From contig RHPI01003369.1 of assembly GCA_009103225.1 (NCBI GenBank), forward strand, positions 1,702,017 to 1,766,016: 64,000 nt of DNA, given 5' to 3'. The stretch is from Chlorokybus atmophyticus. Taxonomy: Eukaryota; Plantae; Mesostigma and Chlorokybus algae. Both the position numbers and the translations under genes were made by a program. Positions within the stretch are counted from its first letter, which is position 1. Each line of letters begins with the position of its first letter. This document shows, piece after piece, positions 26,001 through 37,744 of the stretch. The notes beneath the pieces were generated by a model. The model was given only the letters and a program-made list of their open reading frames with translations, did not search any database and was not told the origin of the DNA.

Positions 26001-26762
26001 CAAACTGAGCGAGCAAATCAAACACTGGAAGAAATGCTTTGTCACTATGTGGCTCCTAACCATGCTGATTGGGACAGGTACTTGCCAATGGCAGAGTTCG
26101 CTGTGAACAACGCGTGGCAGGAAAGTGTAAAGGAAACCCCATTTTTCTTGAATTGTGAGATTCGCCCGAACACACCAGCGTCATTGCGTGTACCTCGCAA
26201 TGCCCTGACTGTACCAGCGGCAAAGGAATTTGTCACTGATATGCAAGAAAATTTGGCTCGAGCCAAGCTGTGTCTGTCAGAAGCACAGGATAGGCAAAAA
26301 GCTTCTGCTGATACACATTGAAGAATGGCCACTTTTGATGTCGGCGATAAAGTTTTGCTTAACGCAAAGAACATAACCATCAAAGGTACGGATGCTCGCA
26401 AGTTGCTGCCCTGATGGTTAGGTCCTTTCTCTATCACTGATAGAGTTGGTACGCACGCTTATAGACTACAATTGCCCCCAAGTGTGCGTATACACAACGT
26501 GTTCCATGTGAACTTGTTGAAACCTTACGGCTTAGACGGTAGAACACAGCCTCCACCACCGCTAGTTGAGGTGGACAGCGAGCTCGAATACGAGGTGGAA
26601 GCTATATTAAACCATAAGTTAAATAGTCAAGTACGCGCAACTCGCTATTTGGTGAAATGGAAAGGGTATGGCCAAGAACATAACAGTTGGGAGCCCGACA
26701 GGCATCTTACGCACTGCCGCGAGTTGCTTCGAGCTTGGTGGGATTCACATCCTGTCCCATAA
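23032..26762 (+). pseudogene. pol: pol polyprotein, disrupted: extra domain - protease - RT - RNase H - integrase - chromodomain
   Basis: *LDTGANRNFV protease; [29 protein letters not shown] and YQDD (mutated YxDD); SDASTIGCGAVL, YTTTEQELL, TDHNPL; MDLITDLP, FVDRLTKMVHF, IDRDPRF, HPQTDGQTERAN; IHNVFHVNLLKPY; EYEVEAILNHK...YLVKWKGYGQEHNSWEP. Several stops and frameshifts. Confidence 0.95.
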
Positions 26763-26896
26763 ACTGTGGGCTTGGTTTTGTGACAGACTGGCAATGCGGT
26801 TTCATTACCACCCTGTCATTTCCTGCTATCTCACTGGTTACAATTACTCGAAATCAAGCCTGGTCAACTTGAGTTCAACGAGGACGTTGAAAACCT

Positions 26897-26908
26897 AAGT
26901 GGGGGGAA
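26897..26908 (+). other. Polypurine tract
   Basis: aagtggggggaa directly before the 3' LTR. Confidence 0.8.
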
Positions 26909-27432
26909 TGTAACGGGATCAATAATAATAGGGGTATTATTGCTACCTAAATAACACATTCTGTATGAATAAGTATCTAAATATGCTTATTTATACCTCT
27001 TTTCTACGGTTCCTCGCTTATTAAAGGCTATGATGCTTTATCATAGCTCAAATAAGTCCCAATGGGTGTAGAACCGCTTATTCAAGCCTATTTGTCACAT
27101 TTGATGTAATGTGGTCACTATCTCGTTAGGTACCTTACGATAGGTGTCTTTTAATAGGGACCTTATCGATAGGTATCTTATCTAAGCTGTGATTGGCTCA
27201 CACTATATTTCCTAAGTACCCTATCTGTAGGGTCGATGTCTAGTTGTGAGTTAATAATTGAGAGGTATATATTTGATATACTCTTGATATAAAAGGTCAC
27301 ATCAAACTGATGTGAGGGACTTTCGGTTCTCTGCTCAGTGGCGGCCACGCCGTTGAAAGGCTTGTCATAGGCGGTGTGGGTGTTGGGGTAGAGGATTGAA
27401 GGGGCATCACCGGCGACGGTGGTGCTGTTACA
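26909..27432 (+). repeat. 3' LTR (524 bp)
   Basis: Direct repeat of 19432-19958, followed by the TSD AATAC. Confidence 0.96.
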
Positions 27433-29094
27433 AATACTCCATGCAGTGCATGCAATACAAACCTTATGCATCATGTGCAAGGGGCGCATGAGGCTTTAAT
27501 TATTCGACGGTATGATAGGTGCATGAACTTAAAACACGTGTTCATATATGACAATATACGACATTTGTATGACATAAAAATTAAAACCCTCACATTCACA
27601 TACATCATAATACCGCCGCATTAGCTCAAACATCTGCATCTTGTTGCATTGTAAACCATCATATTGGATAGGTCAGTTGGACAATGCTCGTATCGATGCT
27701 GATATTACACCTCTCACGCTCGGTATGTTAACTTTAAATCACCAGCCTTTTGCAAGAAATGTCCACCCGGATTAAGTTACATGCTTTAAAAGAATAATCA
27801 CGCCGACAAGGGCCGTATAGCATCTTGTTGGAGGGCTAGGAACCCTGTTACCAACTTGCACATTATGCAACACATTTTTGATGCAATAACCTACACCATG
27901 CGATAGATTGTGAGCAATTGATCAAAAGTAATGTACGCGGATAAATAAGCTGGTAAAATCCATAAGAACCTTAGCCTCGAACATACGTAAAACTTGTCTC
28001 GGTTTCCTTGCTACTTGGTAGGTTCTTTACAGATTTTTGCATGTACTATGATACCATATAACGTATATGGGATGATTGCTTAATAGTGTGTTGCTTGCAC
28101 GTGATGATCTTGCGAAGGACACTTAAAAGTGATTCTTCGTTTATTGCGTGAAAACCGCACACTTTTTAGTAAGGTAGTGACAAGTAAATTTGCACTTCTT
28201 AGCTTGCTTTACTGCACATGCTCGTCGAACATTATGCCAATCATATGATTGGCACAATGATAAGAATAGCATACATCGTTCACAACTTGCAACCCGAATT
28301 GACTATCACAATGTCCATCTACTATCCATCTCGTATCAATCTCCCTTGGCCAATTCTGTATAACACATCTATGCGTGTGCCAAAGTAAAATCCACTTTAA
28401 AAACACGGTGTTGTGCAGGTGGGCAACAAGACAACAAGGATTGGTGTACGGGGTGACGTACACACACGTCTACCACCTCGTCAAGAGAAGGAGGTGGCGG
28501 CCGGTCCCAGTCAGTCGTCGGTAGCTCCGCTATCGTCTATACCAGCTCCTCTCACACCCAGCCTAACCACCACACCTCTACTGCGCAGGTGGTGACCACT
28601 TGGCCATGCCTTGCCCTGCCCTGCCTTGCTCTACCCGACCTTACCCTACACTACTCTTGTCCTTGTTACTGTAGTTGTCTAACAATAGCCAATACCTCGC
28701 GCTGCTCTGGGCCCCTCGTAGTTTGTTCTCGGAGCTGTCGCTTGCTTCATTTGTTACTTGTGCTGCTGTTGCTTGCTTTGCATAGCACATTTGCATCTTA
28801 TAGTTTTTAAACCACACGATCACCGCATTGCGAGTCACTCGTGCTCGGTGTGTCACAAGCATTGCAATAAATTACACTCATGCATATACCTCACATATGA
28901 GACCACTCACGCGACAGCGGTGGTAACGCACGCAATTCGGCTGTGCGATACAAGCAAGATCCAAGTGTAAGCGGGGGGTGTCGTGACCATCCTTCATGGT
29001 AATCACGTGCGCAATGGACAGGACGCAGCAGCTAACACACTTACGGCCCAACTGCATTTGCTTCAGCAATGCCCCATTCCATACAGACAGAGTA

Positions 29095-32000
29095 CTACTG
29101 TATAAAGTAATCAGCAAAAGGAAGTGCTTGTGCCACGGTGCGCACTGTGCGGTTGATTTGCCTCAACGCCGCAACATGCGGTTCATCAGCTTCAACCGGC
29201 ATGATCCTAGCATGCTCACCATGGCCAAGCAAGTCGATCACATTGTTTGCAGCCTCCAAACCAGTCACATACGCTTTTTCCTGTCCGAGTTGAGTGCGAT
29301 CAAAGGCCGCAGTGCATGTTGTGAGCTGCGTGGCTGCCATTGTCTCAAGGTGCTATTGCCAAGTAGCAAGACTCAATCATGAGTGCGACATTAACTACAT
29401 GACACTGGACACAGCAGATGTAGCAATAGGCAACAACTGACCTGAGACCAAGAGCCGTGACGATTGACTATCCAGTCGCCACTCATATAAACATTCGGGA
29501 AGCTGGTGGTTGGCCGCATCAGGTACTGGTACGAACCAGGAGAGAAGTGCGTAACGGCTCGCCGAAACCGTACCACTGCACGATCCAATGTTTTGGCTCC
29601 CTGCCAATCAGCATGCAAACAAACAGTCAAAACACAGTGACAGTGCACTGACACTGACACTGCACTGACATAATGTGTTTGCACTGTTGCATGTGATATT
29701 TGTGTACCCGGAAGCCAGGAAGGCAAGTTGCAAGGTCTCGCAACACTCTTTCCACAATCTGATCGTCAGTCATTGGCAGCAGCTGATTGGCATGGTAAAA
29801 GTCGGCTTCAACCACCGTATATGGCTCAGCCTTAAATTCATCGTGCAAGGCGTTTAGGTCAAAGAAAGTCCACCCTGTGGTGGTGTCAAAGCCGAAACAC
29901 GCATTGCTGCGAGTGGTCAACTGTCAGCTACAGGTACTGCACAAAATGTCATCCTGCAACTGCAAACAATGCACAGGTACAAGGCGCCATGCCTAGATCA
30001 TGCCTCACCTGGGCTTAGGAATGTCAACTTTTTTGTCAAGCCACAGACGCACAGCAAGGACATCAATGCCACCAAGGTTGGAGATGTTGACAAACTCCGC
30101 TCTGGACTTCAATGTATCACTTCCAGCAGCAATGCGCTGAAGGCCCGAGATGCCGACAGCAAAAACGACAGCATCTGCACAGTGTCCAAGTGATGTCAGT
30201 CTGCAGCTGACGGCAAGTTGCGTGAACAGCTCGCATAAACAACACTAACCTGCCGAGAACAACTCCTCCCCACAACGCACACCCGTCACCTTGCCTGACT
30301 GATCTACATCTAAATCAGTGACGCGCCGGCCACTGCCAGTGAACACATTATTAGGCGACGAATACGTACACACAGCCTTCAGGTGGTTACATTGAAAGCA
30401 TACCTGTGGAAGCGACCGCCCAAAGCCTCAATACGCTTGACCAAAGGGGCGAAGATCGTTTCTCCAACTGTGCCTCGGCACCAAACGACGTCGAAGTCTG
30501 GTTGATGGGCAAGAATGAAATAGTAAAGCATCCCAAGTGCTGCTGCAGCACTGCAAGCTTCTCCAGGTGCAAACAGACCCACCTGCAGACACCAGCCAAG
30601 GCTGTCAGCAGACAATTACACAGTCACAGCAGGCAAGGGGTACTGCAGTGCTTAACACTCTTTACCAGCAGCATTGGGTTGAAAGCATCATCATACAAGC
30701 GTGAAGAGCATCCATAGTTGCGAAACAACTCACGCGCTGACACTGCGAACATAGTACAGGTTGTGTAAGAGCCGTGCATGAGAGACCCAATGGGAACATA
30801 TTTGGTAACTTCCAATATGCACGTTCGCAATAATTACAACAACTCATTGTCATTAACAGGGTAGTAGGCATGGCTCTGCTCATACTTTTGTCGTACCGCT
30901 GCCAGGCCTCATCACTATTGTCGAAGTCGATCACTGCAGCAAAAGAGTCGCTGGTTACACCTGCTGATCATCCGAGAATGTAGCGACCACTCAACAGCTC
31001 TGCTTACCCGCTTGCAGTAGTGGAACCGCGGTTAGCCTGTCAGCAAGTGGCAGCCGCGTGAACTGCACATATGGCCCTTGTCAATGCGTCCTCCTCAGGA
31101 TGCTTAGTGTACACACATGCTAGCAAACATAGCTAAGCCCAGCGGTGCTATGCACACGAGGTACACACAGAATTAGCACACACTAAGTATCACGAGTTGT
31201 GCAAGTGGATGTCGTGCGCACCTGGGTATAAGCAAAAGTGCCTAGTGGTGCTGGCAGGCGTGGCATCTCTGCAAAGATTGGGGACTCAACCTGCATGGGC
31301 ACCATGCTCACTGTTGTTGACCACTGTGCTTACATCTTGCAAACTCTGTGCGAGCTCCCGCACTACACGAGTGCATACCAACAAATATACTGTTATACAA
31401 TGTCACAACTGGCATGGGGCACTAATAGAAGCTACTTGCCTCGAGACCCGCTGGTGAGTACTGAGACGACTTTGTCCAGTCAGTGAATGGCTGGATGCCC
31501 AGCTCATCTGTCAAGTCAAAGATGTTTTTGTAGGGGTACCAGAAGCCTGTAATCACATCTTCTTGTCAACTGTGAGCCACAGCACAACTTCAATAATTTG
31601 TTGAAAATTGCTTGGCAGCTCGCAAGGACGGCTTTATCCATTGCCACAATACCATGAATGCCGACCTCAACAGAACGACCACTATCAGTCTTCCAGCCAG
31701 CAACTAGGCCTCCAGGCTGCGGTCCAGCCTCCAGCAGATTCACTTCATAACCCTTCATGCAAGCAACACACTCAGCGTCTTGCAAGCAAGCCAGAGAGCA
31801 AACATCGAGCAATTAGCAACTCAATCACATGGCGAGGTTGCAATGCCAACACTCTGCGTTGCATGCCGCCACCGTGTGCATGCTCGTCCACTGTATGCCT
31901 TCCAACCTGCTTGGCGAGGTGGTGAGCAGCACCAAGACCAGCCCATCCCGCGCCAACGACAGCCACGCGCTTCCTCCGTTGCTGGTCGTCCACATGATAC

Positions 32001-32405
32001 TGCCGTATGGGGCCCGCAGGGGCGGTGGCAGCCCTGCTCTCATCCACGCAACGCACCTGACGACAGGCATTCCGACGCGAGAACTTACAAGCTGACACTA
32101 GCAGCAGAGTTCCAGCCAACGACGACGCCATCGCCGCCGCCCACACCGCCAACGACCACAACAACACTGCCAATGCAGTAGTACTGACAATGCCACTGGA
32201 AATGATACTGCCACTCAGTCTCGTCAACAGCTGACACTGTCGCAGGCTGAATGGCTTTGTTAATCCCTAGTCGTGGAGCGCTAAGCTTCCAGACATATCC
32301 GTCATTTTGCCTTTGAAATTGCAGCATTGACGACACTGTGTGGTCAGCTTGCTGGTAGAGATCCGGGATCTTGCCTGGCATTGGTGTGCGTGTGGGTGGC
32401 GACAT
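29095..32405 (-). CDS. Flavin-dependent amine-oxidase-family oxidoreductase, PDS/ZDS-like (cyanobacterial-type family, substrate unknown), likely plastid-targeted, about 12 exons
   Basis: VAVVGAGWAGLGAAHHL (GxGxxG), LLEAGPQPGGLV, VEVGIHGFWYPYKNIF, YSPAGLE|VESPIF, DFDNSDEAW, FAPGEACSAAAALG, EADFYHANQLL, GDWIVNRHGSWSQEKAYVTGLEAAN. Start ATG 32405 inferred through a GC donor. Confidence 0.85.
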
Positions 32406-32645
32406 GGCGATGATGGCGGCGGCGGCGGTGTTGGCCGTACCGGCGGCTCTCACATCGTCTGGCAGGGAGGGTGCTCTACGCCGTAGCTGGCGCCCGCAGG
32501 TTGGCTGAGTGATTGTTGTTGCTTGAGCAGGATGCTTGCCGTGGTAACGTAAGGCACCAACCTCACATTGTCGTCGTCGTCGTCGTATCCTTGGTCGTCG
32601 TTGTCATAAAGATAGCCGTTGACGCCGGCGCAGAAGGACGTACTG

Positions 32646-34369
32646 ATGCGTATTGGCCGGCATCTGGGGCCTTCGGGTAATCCGTTCAGTGTTCTAGGGT
32701 TTAGCGAGCCAATGCATTGCGTGTGCGCCTGTAGAATGCCGGTGGTGCTCGCTGCATAGTCGTCAGGCTGTCCTGTGAGCGTGGTTTTGTCTCGACCAAG
32801 CTGTTCTGACAATTGCGTCTGCAGGCGCATTTAGCACGCAGGTCGCTAGCTGTTCGTGCCTCAATTCCACAAGCGTCAGAGGAGGTGGTCTCCCAGGAAA
32901 TCTCTTCTGGTGAGCGTTGGGTTTGGTGGTTTTGGTAACTGCTGTGTAGTGTAGTTGCTGCCTGGCGGCCTCACCCTGACCTGTTGGTCGGTTTTACAGC
33001 ATCCAGGCGCGAGGTGCTGGCTCTTGCTGCGGCCGCATTGGCTGCTTCAACATTTGCTGGTGAAGCATTTGCAGCAAAAGGTTTGTGCCTGGCAGCACCT
33101 CAATGTCCTGAATTTCCATCGTGTGATGTATGCGTGCTGCTTTAGTTAATTGCAAATCCGTGACAATTATGTCCAGGTCCCAAGGGATACAATGTGTGGA
33201 GGGATGCTCAAGATGGGTACCAGTTTCTATACCCATTCGGCTGGCAGGTGCGTGTGATGAGGCATGACAGAATGCACTCCTTGCTAGTCTGGTAGTGTCC
33301 ACCCTTGTTGACGCGCACATCCACTCACTGTACATTGCTTGCACCCGCAAGCAGCAATTGTAAACTGGCGATTGCAAGTGGGTTTTGTTGTTTTTTTGTA
33401 AGTGCTCAGTGCTCTTATCAAAAGGGAAATATTGAGCAAGTCTTGCTCTACGCTCTTGAGCTGCACACATTGAGGCAGTGGTAACAAGTGCAGTGGCTAT
33501 CATGCTTGTGGTGCATTTTGCCGCTATGGAGCCCTATGATGTCACTGTCACATCGCTGCACCTCAACAGTAGTAGCAATGGTTAATTTTGTCACAGTAGC
33601 AATGGTAAATTGTGTACAATTGCACCGCAATAATCAACCATCCCAATTATTCAGAATGGGGCGGTAATCAAGACATGTCAATTTGGGACTTCATCATATA
33701 ATGCTTCCTTACTGCGTCCTGTTGTCCTTGCTGCAGGAGGTAGCTGTGAAGGGCCAGGACGTGGCATTTAAGGATGTCATTGAGCCCCTGGAATCCGTTA
33801 GCGTTAACATTATCGCCACCAAGACCGATAATATTGAGGATCTTGGAGCACCAGACAAGGTCAAGCACCCAGTTGACTACATGTGTCTAGGCAAATAGTG
33901 ATGTATGTGCGGCTGTTTCCTCATTTCATGGGTGTGTTACTGCAGGTTGCAGCTACGTTGGTTGATCAGGTTCTCACGTCATCAAACCAAAAAGCAAAGC
34001 TCCTTAAGGCCAATGAGGTATTGGCAATGCACTGCTATTGGCCCATGTTTTGGTGCAACTGTGACTTACATTGTCACTGCTGCTGCAGCGTTCGCTCAAT
34101 GGCAAACAATATTACACTTTCGAATTTGAGTCGAAGGCACCCAGTTTCACAAGGCATGCGATCAGCACTGTCACCATCAACAACGGTGAGTGAATAAATT
34201 ACTGTACAGTGCTAAATCCGGGGTACCGTTGAGGTTGGCAAGTTTCTGCTGACTGTTGTCTCATGATGCAGGCAAGTTCTATACTATAACGACCGGCGCC
34301 AATTCTCGCCGATGGGACAAGATGGAGGAGAAGCTCAAGACAATTGTCAACTCTTTTGAGCTGCTTTAG
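32646..34369 (+). CDS. PPL1: PsbP-like protein 1, thylakoid lumen
   Basis: Twin-Arg SRREVL plus hydrophobic stretch and AFA cleavage site; DGYQFLYPFGWQ|EVAVKGQDVAFKDVIEPLESVSV; YYTFEF; RHAISTVTINNGKFYTITTGANSRRW; stop at 34367-34369. The first exons and start codon are tentative. Confidence 0.85.
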
Positions 34370-35030
34370 AACGAGACACATCTGTTTGTAGGCACTTGAA
34401 CTTGACCTTTACAGCCAGTTTTGTAATATACCAGATCTGCAGTAGCTGCTGCGATCTACTATGCCCTCCCAATGTTGCTTGCGGTTAGATATGCCGGGTT
34501 GTCAGACTGTCGGGGTGCAATTGCCTTCAATGGATTTAATCCGCAACAAGCTTGACTACATGCCAATAGTCTGAGGTGAGGGTTGCAATGCGGCCCTGGT
34601 TGGAAGGCGGCGCTGAGTATGTGATTAGTTTAACATACTCTGCTTTAACATATTTTTAACACGGACCGGGTGTGGAAGTTGACCACAACACAAGTTGTCA
34701 GGTTTAAACAAGCCAACTCCTATTCACCCAGTGTACTGAAAACCTACTGTTCCGGTTCAAATAGCCTGTTAAAGGCAGAGTAACCATGTTCTGAACAGGT
34801 ACAGTGAACACTGGCAACAGAGGTGACAGCCATGTGCAGCAGATGCAAGTGACAGGCTTTGTGCAGTAGTCTAGGTTACGAATTGCAGCATAATGGCTGC
34901 TGGGACATCTTGAAATGCAGTGTGGTCGAGCACTGCCTACAATAGCGACAGTACACGCTGCTCCTGGCTCATCACTCATCAGCTCACTGGCATGCCAAGG
35001 TCGTGCAAAAAATACAAACATGTATCATGG

Positions 35031-36182
35031 TCACCGCCCTGATTGTCCAGAAGTAATTTGCCTCCAGCTCTCAAGGGAATTGCGCATCCACTTGTGACGG
35101 CATACTTCAATCGCCTGAGAAAGCGGATACTGCACAGGCAGTGTGTGTCACTGAACAAGCGAATCTAGTATTACAGCGCAACTGGGATGCACAACCACAT
35201 TGTCAACACAAATGCGTTAGGGGAATGAACTGCTCGTTGCACTGTCATTTTATGTAAGGCTTACGGGCTGTGCAATGCTTACCCATTGTCGTATTCTGCG
35301 ATGCATCTCAGGCCAGACGTCCAGCTGCTCTGTGACTCGTAGGATGAATACATGGGCTCGACACTCGCCTTGCGCTTCACCTTGCTCCGCTTCTCGTGCA
35401 CTAAAGAAGTCTACCGAGTCCAGCGCCATCTGACATTCAAATGAGTAAGATCAGCTCTCACGTCACTGGCACTGATAAGCAGCAACCAGTGGCTGTGTCT
35501 AAGCAGCTTACCTCAACAACTCCTCGCACCCCAGCCTCTTCCAAAGCTTCCCGTTGCGCTGCTTGCTCAGCGGTCTCATCGGTCTCCCAGCCACCCTGTC
35601 AACCCACACAAGTTGATAACTGTGACGCTGTAGCCCCCGTTTTGTACATGAACAGCTGCTCGTAACTGGTCCAACATGTTAGTCACTATCACCACCAATC
35701 ATACTGCACCACCACCAGTCAGCCAGGGCATGTGCAAACCCTGCATGCTTCAACAAAGTGCTCATGTGTCTGTAATGATGTTCCGGTATGCAAGCAAATT
35801 CTTGATGGCACGCACTGTCTGTTTGGACATAAATTGCTCAGGCAATTGCATGCGTGCAGGTAAGTACACGTCCACTACTGCAACCCGCACACTGGACAGA
35901 CAAGACCTACAGAATTGCCATTCAGATCCGCTTGTGTGCAATGCAAATAACCTGACGATGCAGCTGACAGCGTACCTTGGGGAAGACCAGCCCCTTGTGT
36001 TTCCTGCTTGAGATAAGCAGCACCTCAATATCATCACTGCCGGGTGTGACACCACCCCCATTTTCGCTAGCAGCAAGGGGCGTCCTTTGCCTAATTGGGA
36101 TGCAGCCAGCTACCAGGCGCCGGCCGTTCTCGTATCGCTGCAGTGCTCGGCCAGTGCGAGCCACCAGCGCCGAACCATCCAT
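35031..36182 (-). CDS. Nudix hydrolase, DIPP/NUDT4-12-13-like, 4 exons
   Basis: LVARTGRALQRYENGRRLVAGCIP, VLLISSRKHKGLVFPK|GGWETDETAEQAAQREALEEAGV (Nudix box), EQLDVWPEMHRRIRQW|YPLSQAIEVCRHKWM. The 3' end is slightly uncertain. Confidence 0.88.
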
Positions 36183-36205
36183 GTTGAAGGCAGGAAAGGG
36201 CGAGC

Positions 36206-36214
36206 AAACCCTAA
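36206..36214. promoter_or_regulatory. Telo-box upstream of the Nudix ATG
   Basis: aaaccctaa 24 bp from ATG 36182. Confidence 0.45.
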
Positions 36215-37744
36215 TCACAGCTGGGCAGCTCCCTGCTCCTATCCCAGCAGCGGCGACATCGATCACCGCTGCCTCCTCCTCCTCCTGGGCACTGCGCTGC
36301 AGCTACCTCACCAATGACAGCTGACTTGCAGCCTTGTGTGCACTTGCACACAGCGACCCACTAAGCGCTGAACCCTCCTGCTTACTCACTTACAAACATA
36401 CAACAGCCAACAAACAAATCAACAACGACAACAACGAGGGCACCCGCAACGCCGCCCACGACCACAAGCAGCAGCTGCTGGCAACCACCACATCAAAAGT
36501 GGTTGGCAGCGGCGACGCCAGCAGCTTCCGCCCGAGGCAAAAACGACAGCAGCGTCAGCAGAGGTTCTTCGCACCGACCATGTAAGCACGCAACAGCAAC
36601 GACCCTTTACCCACCACGCCCACAACGACAACTACGACGCCGGCTACACCGACAGCGACGCGGGCGGCGGCGGCAGAGAGACTAACTGCACGGAAGTCAA
36701 CCAATTAAAGCTAACGTGAAGGCTACAACGTAACGCAGGTGCCCCACCAGCTTGCGGTTATGCTCACAATCGCACGCATAACGTGCGCAGAAGACGTTGT
36801 CGTCGAAATCGCCGAAGTCGTTATGCATAATACCTTCGATATCAACAACTTGCGCAGCGGCGTACTTGAGCTTTTTACAGCAGCGGTGGCGTCCGGCGCC
36901 TTGTTGACGTCGTCGTTGTGGGAGTCGCTGGCGGCGGAGGACGAAGCGGGGAGCTGCGCAGAGCATTTCTGTCGTGTGCTTTAGTGAGATCTTGGTTTGG
37001 AATGCTTCTGGCTCAAGTTTAGCGTCGCCAAGTAAGCTCTTAAGCTGATGCTTGCCACAGCTGCATTGGTTACTAATCTTTTCGCTTCTATGCTCGCTTG
37101 TTCGTTGGCGACTGCTTGATTGCCTTTCATGTGTGAATGCATGCTGTAGCCGCATCTCCTGACTTGTACTGAAGCAGTCGGTCGGTACTGGTCGGATCGG
37201 CGCTCAGAGAAGCTCGGAAGGCATCCATTGGATGCATGTCCAGCATTAATCCCGTTTACTTTGTGACAACGTTTTAACATGGAGTCGCTTGAACACAAGC
37301 TGATGCGCACTGCCAAATGAGGCTTGCGGCATCCAAGTATTAGGCACATGCAAGCCGTTCTTGTTGGTACCGTTGTGTTGTACGATGTGTTCAGTCGCAT
37401 GTTGGTTCTTACAACTCCCTGTCAGCCATAGCCATCAGTAAGCTCTGTTTAACATGCAACCCCTGCTTGACTAGAGCACATAATGTCATGCTGCTACACG
37501 TTTCATGCTGCTCGTGCAGTGCAACTACCTTGCATTGCTTTCAACCATAATCAAGGCGGGCCTGACGACTGGCTGGGAGAGGCCGGACGACAGTGTGGTG
37601 CTACCCTATGCTTCATGTGCTTGCCTTATCTCTGCGCAGACTTTGACGTGTGCATGTCTGCGTGTTTAAACCAACAGATAGTCCCATTGGATGCGTTTGA
37701 CGTGACTGCTGCACGGTGTCCCATGCCTTTTCAAGGCCAGGAGG

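Larger units (their letters stand above)
19432..27432 (+). mobile_element. Full-length, degenerate Ty3/gypsy LTR retrotransposon of the chromovirus type
   Basis: Paired LTRs TGTAAC...GTTACA; 5-bp TSD AATAC (19427-19431 and 27433-27437); PBS; PPT; domain order Gag-PR-RT-RH-INT-chromodomain. Confidence 0.97.

Noticed and set aside
36950-36972. SCAEHFC, similar to the KDM1B zinc-finger SCGEHFC, upstream of LDL3
   Set aside because: Flanking residues do not match, a stop follows within four codons, and I could not splice it into the LDL3 frame.
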